64,000 nt of DNA from a virus (Duplodnaviria; Caudoviricetes), in IMG/VR virus record IMGVR_UViG_3300021387_000334, positions 1 through 64,000 of that record; one strand, given 5' to 3'. The notes under the pieces were generated by a model, which saw nothing but the letters and a program-made list of their open reading frames with translations, had not been told where the DNA came from and ran no database searches. Shown piece after piece: positions 54,268-62,938 of this stretch. Position numbers and translations under genes: made by a program. Within the stretch, counting starts at the first letter, position 1, and each line of letters opens with the position of its first letter.

Positions 54268-55413
54268 CTATTTTGCCGTAAACTTTCCATAGCTGACCAT
54301 TGCCTCGACTATCGACTCGTCCATCAGCTTCGCATAGGTCTTCTCCGTTTCCCTAATCGATGCGTGCCCCAAGATGTGCTGAATGATGTGCATCGGCATC
54401 TTACCCTCGTTCAATAGCATCGTGGCTCCCGTGTGCCTTGCCCAGTGGGTCGTGACGGGCTTGTCTATCTTCGCATACATGACCGCTGCCTTCAGATAGG
54501 CATTGTATTTCACGTTGCTGATGATGGGAAGCTTGTACTTGTACCGCTTCAAGACGGCCAAGGCTGGCTCCATCAAGACAATCGTGAATTCCTGCCCGGT
54601 CTTCTGACGCTTGGACTTGTAGACAGTCTGACCTTTGACCTTTACACAATCCTTGTAGTCAAACTTGGCCAAGTCCGAATAGCTCATCATCGTGTAGGTC
54701 TGAAAGATGAACAAGTCCCTTACCCTGCGCAGGCTTTCGCTCGGAATGATGCACGACTCGAACTGATGGAACTCCTGCGGTGTGAGGAATCGCGTCAGTC
54801 CGTCCTCGTTGCCTTTCTTGATGTCGAGACGGGAATACGGGTTACGCTTGATGAGTCCGTCCTCCAAGGCTTGCAGGACAAAGGTCTTGACCAGCTTGTG
54901 GTAGTTCCACCTCGAACACTCCTTCAGACCTCTGCGCTCCAGTTCCTCATCCATCTTCATGATATTCTTCTCCGTCACATCTGAGAAATACACAATCCCC
55001 TTCCATTGCTCCAGGAACTTGAACATCTGTTCGTAGTGCTGACGTGTGCCATCCGTGATGTTCTTGTACCTGCGCCCTGCCAACTCCCTTGCATAGGATA
55101 TGAAGGTGTCGCTCTGCATTATCTCCCCTTTCAAGAGCCGTGGCACTGCGTTTAGATCCAAACAACCCTCGTCCATCATCCTGTTGATGATTTCAGAGCA
55201 CTTGCGCTTCAGTATCTGAAGCTGGTCGTTGACCTCCTTCCAATCCCTGCGGCCAATTACAGAGCCGTTAGACCACTCCTTGGGGAGCAGCTTCACACCC
55301 GTTGAGATGTACTTCCTTACATTGTCTGCCGTGATTCTCAACTCTACCACGCCAGCCTTGGTCTTCGTACTCTGACCCTTTCGGTCAAATACTAATGTTA
55401 AATTTACTTTCAT
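54268..55413 (-). CDS. int: tyrosine recombinase (phage integrase) with a Bacteroidetes-type arm-binding N-domain
   Basis: LVFDRK...VELRIT...RKYISTGV arm domain; KSKRQKT; HWARHTGAT; HILGH; KTYAK catalytic Tyr. Confidence 0.93.
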   Translation of the reverse strand: MKVNLTLVFDRKGQSTKTKAGVVELRITADNVRKYISTGVKLLPKEWSNGSVIGRRDWKEVNDQLQILKRKCSEIINRMMDEGCLDLNAVPRLLKGEIMQSDTFISYARELAGRRYKNITDGTRQHYEQMFKFLEQWKGIVYFSDVTEKNIMKMDEELERRGLKECSRWNYHKLVKTFVLQALEDGLIKRNPYSRLDIKKGNEDGLTRFLTPQEFHQFESCIIPSESLRRVRDLFIFQTYTMMSYSDLAKFDYKDCVKVKGQTVYKSKRQKTGQEFTIVLMEPALAVLKRYKYKLPIISNVKYNAYLKAAVMYAKIDKPVTTHWARHTGATMLLNEGKMPMHIIQHILGHASIRETEKTYAKLMDESIVEAMVSYGKFTAK

Positions 55414-55458
55414 ATCACTTAAAATTTGTTTAAAACTATCTCGTTAACATTTTTTTAT

Positions 55459-55810
55459 GTTACCATTTTACTCTCTGAAAAATTTTGGTAACGGATTGGT
55501 AACAGATTGGTAACAAAAGATAGCAGTTGATAGCAGATGATAACAACCGATAACAAATGATGCCAAATCCATCCAAAACCGCTGGATAGCCTTGGTAAAA
55601 TACTGAAAAACAAAAGTTTACGTGATAAGATACTCTTTTCCAAAGAATTAGAGAGGTTCGTTTCTCAACTAACCTCTCCACTCTCATTGTGATTCCGGCG
55701 GGATTCAGACCTTTGGGAATCATAGAGAGTGTAAGTCTTTGACTATCACTATGTTTCAGCTTTACCATGACTGGGTTCGATTTTACGTTGGTAACAGAAA
55801 AGTAACAGTC
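55459..55810. other. attP region: arm-type repeats flanking a tRNA 3' fragment core (55687-55706)
   Basis: TTGGTAAC x3 (11-bp period, 55485-55514), inverted copy at 55459-55465, another at 55788-55795. Core on the minus strand reads GAATCCCGCCGGAATCACAA. Confidence 0.7.
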
Positions 55811-55878
55811 CGTTTTCTTCTTAATTTACAATTTTCATTTTTCATTACTAATGCACGTTTTAATTAAACTTAATGAGT

Positions 55879-56030
55879 TTTGCAACCTCAAATATTATTC
55901 CCTAACTTTGCACCCGTCAAGTTCGGATTGACAAGTGAAATAGCACGTCGTTTCATACCGACATATTGCATCATTTCCACCGATGCATGGTCCCCAAAGG
56001 TTATCCGAACTATCCTGCGGGGACTTTTTG
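55879..56030 (+). ncRNA. candidate structured sRNA or attenuator with canonical promoter and terminator
   Basis: TTTG-N20-TAACTTTG promoter. AGTTCGGAT/ATCCGAACT pairing crosses the GTCCCC/GGGGAC-U5 terminator. Confidence 0.55.
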
Positions 56031-56345
56031 TTTTCACACCATTTCGCGGCAAGCAGTTAATCACCGTACTGCGTCGAACTTACCAATCGACAGATAAACA
56101 ACGGCAGTCTTTTTGAACACGGAGCACCAAATCCTGAAATGAGTCCACCCAATAGCAGGTCTGTAAGGTCGAAAGACAAACTCAAACTCCGATAAAAGCT
56201 GTTCAGAATCAGTGGTTCCTATAAGGCTTAGCAGGTAGAAGATAACTTAGCAATAAGAGGTAGACAATATTCTTCGACTGCTCCCCCTGTAACCCCCATC
56301 TTACAGAATTGGGTGGATCGTGTACATCATTAAACAAAGATAGTT

Positions 56346-56561
56346 ATGACTTACAAAGGACAAGAAATCGGTATTCCGACATTAGAACTCATCCAAGAGT
56401 GCATCACCCAATGGAAGCTTCGCGTATCAGCGCAGGAGGTCTACGACTATTGGACTTCAAGGAACTGGCTTACTAAGAAAGGTCAGCCAATCAAGACTAT
56501 AGAATCAGCCTGCAATGTAGCCAATAGTTTATTCGTTCAGCGTCAGCGGAAAGAGGTGTGA
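56346..56561 (+). CDS. hypothetical protein (71 aa)
   Basis: Clear ORF with EVYDYWTSRNW, similar in style to replication-protein C-terminal helices. Confidence 0.55.
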   Translation: MTYKGQEIGIPTLELIQECITQWKLRVSAQEVYDYWTSRNWLTKKGQPIKTIESACNVANSLFVQRQRKEV

Positions 56562-56586
56562 ACAACAATATTTCAAAGAGCGATAG

Positions 56587-56757
56587 TTAATCTATGAAGT
56601 CGGTAATAGGCTTAAATGTCTGAGTCCACGTGTCAAACATTGTACCTTGATCTCCAACACTTATATACCTGCATTCACAGAGATACAACCATCCGTAGAT
56701 GATAAGCACCGCCAAAACTATGACGGCATACCATTGTTTAAATGTCAGCTTCTTCAT
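56587..56757 (-). CDS. small single-pass membrane protein coupled to the repressor (56 aa)
   Basis: MKKLTFKQWYAVIVLAVLIIYGWLYL...; ATGA overlap with the repressor stop. Confidence 0.6.
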   Translation of the reverse strand: MKKLTFKQWYAVIVLAVLIIYGWLYLCECRYISVGDQGTMFDTWTQTFKPITDFID

Positions 56758-57404
56758 TGTCCCATTCTGATTAATCCGACAATCCTGTAGATACCGAAGA
56801 TGTCGTCTCCGGCAACTTCGAAATCGGGGTATTCGGGATTATAGGAAACGCATCTCACTCCATTCTCCTTAGGATATAGCCTTTTCAGTACGTTACCATC
56901 CCTTGTGGCGAGAACATAGGCCTTACCCCACTCAATAACATTCTCCACCTTCTTGCAGGCCACCTCGTCGCCTCCTTCAAACTTTGGCTCCATGCTATCC
57001 CCTTTGATTAACATGGTGAAGTCATAGTCTGGCATGGATCGCATCTTGGGGAGCATTTCGCATTCGTGTACCAGCACGCCGTCTATGTAGTCGGACAATA
57101 CTCCTGCAGCAGCGGTAATAGGGAGCCGAGGGCGTAGGTCTGATTTGGAATTATTATCCAGCAATTCCAAGTCTACCTCCATCTTACCTTCTCCTGCATA
57201 CAACCATTCTCTGTTAATCTCAGGGAATGCATCTGCCACTTTGTTCACAAGAGAACGCGGAACGCCCCGGTTACCTTTTAATATCTGACCGAGGTTCTGG
57301 GGGGCAAAACCGATTCTTTTGGCGAATTGGCTCTGATTTTCGCTAACATAGTCCATAATGCGCTTTATGCGCTCCAACATTCCTTTTTCCTCCATAACAG
57401 ACAA
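56754..57404 (-). CDS. cI: CI/LexA-like repressor (HTH plus S24 peptidase)
   Basis: NQSQFAKRIGF HTH, IKGDSMEP (Ser), VLKRL (Lys) and AAAG cleavage-site-like motif. Confidence 0.88.
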   Translation of the reverse strand: MSVMEEKGMLERIKRIMDYVSENQSQFAKRIGFAPQNLGQILKGNRGVPRSLVNKVADAFPEINREWLYAGEGKMEVDLELLDNNSKSDLRPRLPITAAAGVLSDYIDGVLVHECEMLPKMRSMPDYDFTMLIKGDSMEPKFEGGDEVACKKVENVIEWGKAYVLATRDGNVLKRLYPKENGVRCVSYNPEYPDFEVAGDDIFGIYRIVGLIRMGQ

Positions 57405-57458
57405 TCGTTTATAATCTTAATATAATCAAAAATAATCAAAAAAGCTATAAAAATTGAA

Positions 57459-57583
57459 TCAAAATATCTCATATTGAGAATATTTGATTATCTTTGCACT
57501 CGATTTTGATAGATAAATAAGTGCATTAAGCAGGCCGATGAATCGAAATCCGGGTCAGACCACACTTTTCTGTGGCAAAGATA
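57459..57583. promoter_or_regulatory. lysis/lysogeny switch: operator-like inverted repeat plus facing -7 boxes
   Basis: Imperfect inverted repeat at 57459-57487; rightward TATCTTTG at 57489-57496; leftward TATCTTTG at 57576-57583. Confidence 0.6.
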
Positions 57584-57648
57584 GGGAAAATATTTCAAAG
57601 GTGCAAATTAATGGCACAAGATTTAGGAATAATTAAATAAATAAAATA

Positions 57649-57852
57649 ATGAACGTAACAGTTAAAGACATTAAATCGATTAAGCCAGGAGAGACCAAGC
57701 CTTTCCTCTGTGAGAGTGAGAAGGCTTGTAGGAACGCGAGCGTCCTTGTGTCTGTCGTGCAGAGGACTGACAAGCCCGATGGTGTCAGCCATTACTCTCG
57801 TAAGATAGACTTCGACCAGAAGATTATCAATATCACAGCTCACAGATTATAA
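57649..57852 (+). CDS. small protein in the Cro position
   Basis: First gene divergent from the repressor. Confidence 0.55.
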   Translation: MNVTVKDIKSIKPGETKPFLCESEKACRNASVLVSVVQRTDKPDGVSHYSRKIDFDQKIINITAHRL

Positions 57853-57865
57853 AATTATATAAGGT

Positions 57866-58195
57866 ATGAACAACGAAGATTTATTATCAAGAGAGTTTCT
57901 TATCAGTGCTTTTGGGGCGCTAAAGAAAACCAAAAAGCAGTATAAAACCTATATTCTTTTGGATAACGCATCCAAACTATATAAAATAGGTAGGGCAACT
58001 GATGTCGAAAAACGGCTATCTTCTTTGACCGTGGCTAACCCAAGCCTCTCTATTATCCTTGTTATTGACGCAAACGTAGAGAACCGTCTTCATAAGGAAT
58101 ACGCGAGTAACCGAGTTAAGTCTGAGTGGTTTAAGTTATCAGAAGATGATATTAGAAGTATTAATGACAAATATAACAATGAGGTCTATGAATAA
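57866..58195 (+). CDS. GIY-YIG-like T5orf172/MUG113 domain protein
   Basis: TYIL...LYKIGR..DVEKRL..L..ANP...ENRLHKEY...EWF. Confidence 0.8.
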   Translation: MNNEDLLSREFLISAFGALKKTKKQYKTYILLDNASKLYKIGRATDVEKRLSSLTVANPSLSIILVIDANVENRLHKEYASNRVKSEWFKLSEDDIRSINDKYNNEVYE

Positions 58196-58988
58196 TGCTT
58201 TAGTTTTCCAAGGAAGCAACGGCCAACCGCTTACTAATAGCGTACTTGTTGCCAAAAAGTTCGGAAAGTCACACGACAATGTGCTCAAGTCTATTCGAGC
58301 CATCCTAAATGGGGGTGTCCTCAAAAATAACGAGACCCCGATGTTTGAGGAAGCGACCTATGTGAACGAACAAAACGGACAAACCTATCCAATGTTTATC
58401 ATGAACCGCGACGGCTTTACTCTTTTGGCTATGGGGTTCACTGGTAACAAGGCAATGGAGTTTAAGATTGACTACATCGGAGCCTTCAATAAGATGGAAG
58501 AGCAGATAAAGCACACCACCATGACCGCACTCCCCGACTTCACCAATCCTGCCGAAGCTGCCCGTGCGTGGGCTCACGAATACGAGCAGAAACAACTTGA
58601 AGCCCGTCGTGCTGATGCAGCAGAGCAGCAGGTCTATGCGCTCTCGCAGGAAATAGAGTCAATGCAGCCGAAGGTGTCCTACTACGACATGATTCTCAAT
58701 AATCACTCAACCGTCCTGACCACACAGATAGCTCTCGACTATGGATTGTCAGCCAAGACACTCAACAAGAAGCTTTATGAAATGAGGATCCAGCACAAGG
58801 TTGGCGACCAATGGATTCTTTATGCGCCATATCTCCCTATGGGTTACATGCACTCCAAGCCCGTTGAGATTACCCACAACAACGGCACTCGGTCTATCAA
58901 GTATAATTCAGAGTGGACTCAGAAGGGCCGTCTCTTCCTCTACGAAGAACTGAAGAAGCACAATATCCTCCCATTAATCGAACAATAG
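58188..58988 (+). CDS. rha: phage antirepressor: Rha N-domain plus ANT/KilAC C-domain
   Basis: TNSVLVAKKFGKSHDNVLKSI...MNRDGFTLLAMGFTG; QPKVSYYD...TQKGRLFLYE. Confidence 0.88.
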   Translation: MNNALVFQGSNGQPLTNSVLVAKKFGKSHDNVLKSIRAILNGGVLKNNETPMFEEATYVNEQNGQTYPMFIMNRDGFTLLAMGFTGNKAMEFKIDYIGAFNKMEEQIKHTTMTALPDFTNPAEAARAWAHEYEQKQLEARRADAAEQQVYALSQEIESMQPKVSYYDMILNNHSTVLTTQIALDYGLSAKTLNKKLYEMRIQHKVGDQWILYAPYLPMGYMHSKPVEITHNNGTRSIKYNSEWTQKGRLFLYEELKKHNILPLIEQ

Positions 58989-59010
58989 AATCTATAAAAA
59001 CAAATAAGGT

Positions 59011-60213
59011 ATGAGCAAACAGAAAACCATTAAAGCCTACAAAGGCTTCGACAAGGATTTGAAGTGCAGAGGTTTCCAGTATGAGGTTGGCAAGGAGTAT
59101 GAGCAGAAAGGCAAGATTATTGCTTGCGAGAACGGCTTTCATGCCTGCGAAAATCCATTCGATGTAACAGACTATTATAATGACATATTAAATGACCGAT
59201 ATTGTGAGGTCGAACAGTCTGGCGACATCGATGAAAGAGAAAACAAAAAAGCTTCGTCTCGCATTAGGATCAAGGCCGAGATTGGTTTTACAGGACTTTT
59301 CAAGGCGGGCATCGAGTGGCTGAAAGAGATTACGAACCCAGTAAAGGTCATTGAGGGCACGAAGGATGCGCTCGCATTGACTAATGATAACGGTTACTAT
59401 GCTAAGATTGGGTCAAGTGGTATCTATGCTAAGATTGGGTCAAGTGGTAGCTCTGCTCAGATTGGGTCAAGTGGTAGCTCTGCTCAGATTGGGTCAAGTG
59501 GTAGCTCTGCTCAGATTGGGTCAAGTGGTATCTCTGCTAAGATTGGGTCAAGTGGTATCTCTGCTAAGATTGGGTCAAGTGGTGACTATGCTCAGATTGG
59601 GTCAAGTGGTATCTCTGCTCAGATTGGGTCAAGTGGTTACTATGCTAAGATTGGGTCAAGTGGTAACTCTGCTCAGATTGGGTCAAGTGGTATCTATGCT
59701 AAGATTGGGTCAAGTGGTGACTATGCTCAGATTGGGTCAAGTGGTAGCTCTGCTCAGATTGGGTCAAGTGGTATCTATGCTAAGATTGGGTCAAGTGGTA
59801 GCTCTGCTCAGATTGGGTCAAGTGGTAACTATGCTCAGATTGGGTCAAGTGGTGACTATGCTAAGATTGGGTCAAGTGGTAGCTCTGCTCAGATTGGGTC
59901 AAGTGGTATCTATGCTAAGATTGGGTCAAGTGGTGACTATGCTAAGATTGGGTCAAGTGGTGACTATGCTAAGATAGATTCTACTGGCGAGGATTCCGTC
60001 ATCTGCTGCGCGGGACATAACTCGGCTGTTAAAGCAAAAAAAGGTTCCTGGATAACACTAGCCGAATGGATTTATTCAGACGAGAAAAACCGCTGGATTC
60101 CAAAGTGTGTCAAGACAGAGTATGTAGACGGCGAACGAATAAAGGCTGATACATGGTATAAACTTGTTGATGGGGAATTTAAAGAAAAGAAGTATGAAAG
60201 AACAATGGTATGA
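59011..60213 (+). CDS. phage protein with an AYKGFD...GFHAC N-domain and 9-aa xxA(K/Q)IGSSG beta-solenoid repeats
   Basis: Conserved N- and C-terminal blocks around 21 repeats. Confidence 0.8.
   Translation: MSKQKTIKAYKGFDKDLKCRGFQYEVGKEYEQKGKIIACENGFHACENPFDVTDYYNDILNDRYCEVEQSGDIDERENKKASSRIRIKAEIGFTGLFKAGIEWLKEITNPVKVIEGTKDALALTNDNGYYAKIGSSGIYAKIGSSGSSAQIGSSGSSAQIGSSGSSAQIGSSGISAKIGSSGISAKIGSSGDYAQIGSSGISAQIGSSGYYAKIGSSGNSAQIGSSGIYAKIGSSGDYAQIGSSGSSAQIGSSGIYAKIGSSGSSAQIGSSGNYAQIGSSGDYAKIGSSGSSAQIGSSGIYAKIGSSGDYAKIGSSGDYAKIDSTGEDSVICCAGHNSAVKAKKGSWITLAEWIYSDEKNRWIPKCVKTEYVDGERIKADTWYKLVDGEFKEKKYERTMV
59395..59961 (+). repeat. 21 x 27-bp tandem coding repeat
   Basis: Unit NNC T(A/C)T GCT (A/C)AG ATT GGG TCA AGT GGT. 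Confidence 0.95.
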
Positions 60214-60300
60214 AAACGACTGGTTCCTCTCGTTCATGGCGGCTCTGTCACTCTTCATGGCCGCAGTAGCCAACTACTACATTCACGGAGGACACATACA

Positions 60301-60483
60301 ATGGTGAAGGACGGCAATGGTGACGTGTGGCTCTCACCGCAGGAAGCAGCAGACACCCTCGGTATCAGCGTCAGCAGGATATACCACATCAAGAATCAGC
60401 TGACACACCGTAAGGGAAACACTTCTCGGGCGAGGGTGTTCTTTCTCGAAAGCACTCTCTTTGACGACTACATGAATATATGA
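60301..60483 (+). CDS. excisionase-like HTH protein
   Basis: WLSPQEAADTLGISVSRIYH winged-HTH pattern. Confidence 0.65.
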   Translation: MVKDGNGDVWLSPQEAADTLGISVSRIYHIKNQLTHRKGNTSRARVFFLESTLFDDYMNI

Positions 60484-60608
60484 CATAATTGCATTTAGGT
60501 TTTTAGTTATTGGTAAAATTCCCCAAGCGTGGGGTCTGTAACTCAAAGGTGAATGAGAAATTCTTTTCAGCCAGCCTGCCTCATGTGAATGCCGCAGGTT
60601 TTTCAAGA

Positions 60609-60713
60609 GGGAATGTAGCTCAGTGGCAAGAGCTTGGAGAAATAAGACTTTGGTGTAAGTCTCTCCGTAAAAGTACATCATCGAGAGCATGGGTTCGACC
60701 CCCGTCATTCCCA
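60609..60713 (+). tRNA. tRNA-like RNA or pseudo-tRNA with an expanded anticodon region
   Basis: GGGAATG/CATTCCC acceptor, GCTC/GAGC D-arm, ATGGG-TTCGACC-CCCGT T-arm. 55 nt between D- and T-arms with no canonical anticodon loop. Confidence 0.55.
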
Positions 60714-61006
60714 CTTCTTTTCAGCACTCCAAGTCCCAATAGTGCGAATGGGGATATATAGAAGGTGTAGTGGCTTACACCAGCTTGGACGAAAGTTGAT
60801 ACTGTTCTTTGACTTATTGGAAACATAGACGAACGTGGAAAAGGCCACGTATGGAGAACCCCCACCCCCACGAATAGGCAATGGTGCTGAAAAGGTGGAT
60901 AACAGGGTGGCAGGCTCCTACACTCGTATCTGTAAAGCTGCCGTAGTCCGAAGGTCAAGCCGGATTGAGAGAAGCTGAGGCCAGATACTAAAAAAAATCC
61001 ATCATC

Positions 61007-61219
61007 ATGATACAACTCCCGACCAAACAACGATTACGCACGCGAATAGACAGGGTTTACGACCACCTGCACCGCGATTGCAGTATTATGAGCGTCCATC
61101 AGTTCGAGGACGCTATGCGATACATTCACATCTTAACGCTTAAAATCAAATCTTATGGCTTTACTCCGCAGAAAAAAACCGTTGAAATCTTCGACACCGA
61201 TCAAGAAGTCGAAGTTTGA
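61007..61219 (+). CDS. hypothetical protein
   Basis: 70-aa ORF overlapping the ninG start. Confidence 0.45.
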   Translation: MIQLPTKQRLRTRIDRVYDHLHRDCSIMSVHQFEDAMRYIHILTLKIKSYGFTPQKKTVEIFDTDQEVEV

Positions 61220-61652
61220 AATCAGCGAAATTAAGACTCCGACACGGAAGGCCAGCCGCTCTACGCTGATGCGAAAGGCCGATGATGCCTTCTCCTTATA
61301 TATACGTACGCGCGATAGTCAGGAATACGAAGGCAGGGCTTTCCGATGTATCTCATGTGGCAGGGTCCTGCCGATAGAGCAGTGTGACAATGGCCACTAC
61401 GTTAACCGTAGCCACATGTCGCTACGCTTCTCCGAATTAAACTGCAACGCCCAGTGCAGGCTCTGCAACAGATTCCAGGAAGGGAATATACAAGACTACC
61501 GCAAGGGTCTCATCTTGAAGATAGGCGAGCAGAAAGTTCTCCTGCTCGAAGCTCAGAAGAATATTACCAACAAGATTTCAAACTTTGAACTGGAACTACT
61601 TGCCAAACACTACAAAGCAGAAACAAAGAAATTTAAATACCAAATCAAATGA
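61155..61652 (+). CDS. ninG: NinG/Rap-family recombination endonuclease
   Basis: ADDAFSLYIRTRD, CISCG, DNGHY, LRFSELNCNAQCRLCN. Confidence 0.88.
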   Translation: MALLRRKKPLKSSTPIKKSKFEISEIKTPTRKASRSTLMRKADDAFSLYIRTRDSQEYEGRAFRCISCGRVLPIEQCDNGHYVNRSHMSLRFSELNCNAQCRLCNRFQEGNIQDYRKGLILKIGEQKVLLLEAQKNITNKISNFELELLAKHYKAETKKFKYQIK

Positions 61653-61800
61653 AGAAGCTAGTAAATAATCTATGTAAGTTCCGCTCCGACAAAGAGACGG
61701 AGGTGTATGTCGGTTCTGCATTCTGCAAACGCTGCCGATACTTCAACGGAATGATTAACAAAAAGACGATCTCGTGTTTAATTCCTAAATATTAATCGTT

Positions 61801-62067
61801 ATGAATTTCAGAAATTTACTAAACCATGTCTGGCGCAAGCCGGAGTCGAAGCCCGTCAAGGGTAGTGAGAAGAAGAAGGAGGCCGTAGACCTCACAGTGC
61901 TGGAACACCGCTATGTGATGAACGTAGGAGCAGGCCGCAAGTGTGACTTCTGCAAGAAGGAAACGCTCAACTGCGCCAAGGTAGACATTGCAGGATGGCA
62001 GTTGTGTATCTGTCCGCTGGAGGACGCGTGTCCCTTTCGTCGAGCCAAGAAATCAACAAAGAAATAA
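61801..62067 (+). CDS. small Cys-containing protein
   Basis: CDFC...C...C.C...CPF. Confidence 0.5.
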   Translation: MNFRNLLNHVWRKPESKPVKGSEKKKEAVDLTVLEHRYVMNVGAGRKCDFCKKETLNCAKVDIAGWQLCICPLEDACPFRRAKKSTKK

Positions 62068-62086
62068 CCCTCAAAAGCATGTCGGT

Positions 62087-62938
62087 ATGAAAATCAATGA
62101 GATTGCAATCTTTAAGCGGTTCATGGTAGACAACACCGTGCGCGATATTTTCATCAGGAAGTATAACGGAGAGAGAAGTGAGACGAAGAATCCTACCTGG
62201 ATTGAAGACTATCTGAGCAACGTAGATCACACCGAGGTCATCAAGAAGGCTTTCGTCCGCTACAAGATGAACTCTGCATTCGGCTTCGACTTTTGGGATA
62301 GGTTGAATGAGGACTGGCTGGTCTATTACAATAAGAAGGTCAAAAACCACGACTATAGCGACACAGAGAAGCTTCTGACGCTTACTGGCTTCTTCAGTAT
62401 CCTTCGCGAGAATTGGAATAGCACCAAGCCTTGGGTATATGAATCCGTGGGTGATGCCCTCGCCCGATTGGCACTGACCCCACAGGCTTATACTCCAAAG
62501 GAGGCTGACAATATCGAACCAAAACCCGCTGATCCACCAACGGAGAAGCCAGAAGAAAAGGATGACCTCGATATTGACTTCATCGAAGTCGCTCCCTCCC
62601 GCAAGACTTACAAGCTGAAGAGCGGGATGATGTCTGTCAACATCAGGAAAAAATCCACCCGATGCCTCGTCAACCATATTGACTCCCAAAACCTCATAAA
62701 TAAGAACCTCGACTATGTAAGGATGGGAAAGACTAGCAACGATGTTGTGATTCAGTTCAACAATAAGCAGGGAATAAACTGCAATGTGACCTCCGATGCC
62801 TACGTTAGCATCGGAAATTCCGACTTCACACGACAACTGCACAATCTTCTTTCACTCTCAGGAGATCTCAACTATGTCCGCATAGAGAAGATTTCAGAAA
62901 ACCTAGATTCAGTAACATACAGAATTATCAAGCTATGA
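62087..62938 (+). CDS. hypothetical protein
   Basis: ATG62087, coupled to the ATPase gene. Confidence 0.65.
   Translation: MKINEIAIFKRFMVDNTVRDIFIRKYNGERSETKNPTWIEDYLSNVDHTEVIKKAFVRYKMNSAFGFDFWDRLNEDWLVYYNKKVKNHDYSDTEKLLTLTGFFSILRENWNSTKPWVYESVGDALARLALTPQAYTPKEADNIEPKPADPPTEKPEEKDDLDIDFIEVAPSRKTYKLKSGMMSVNIRKKSTRCLVNHIDSQNLINKNLDYVRMGKTSNDVVIQFNNKQGINCNVTSDAYVSIGNSDFTRQLHNLLSLSGDLNYVRIEKISENLDSVTYRIIKL

Noticed and set aside
55687-55706. Complete tRNA gene
   Set aside because: Only the 3' T-arm/acceptor fragment is present, which fits an att core.
56130-56180. Hammerhead ribozyme (CTGA...GAAA)
   Set aside because: The core reads CTGAAATGA rather than CTGANGA, and I could not build the flanking stems.
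59395-59961. CRISPR array
   Set aside because: The repeats are contiguous 27-mers with no unique spacers and encode an in-frame 9-aa repeat.
59395-59961. Diversity-generating retroelement (variants look like A-to-N changes of AAC TAT ... AAG)
   Set aside because: The synonymous adenine in TCA never varies, and I saw no reverse transcriptase or TR/VR pair in the window.
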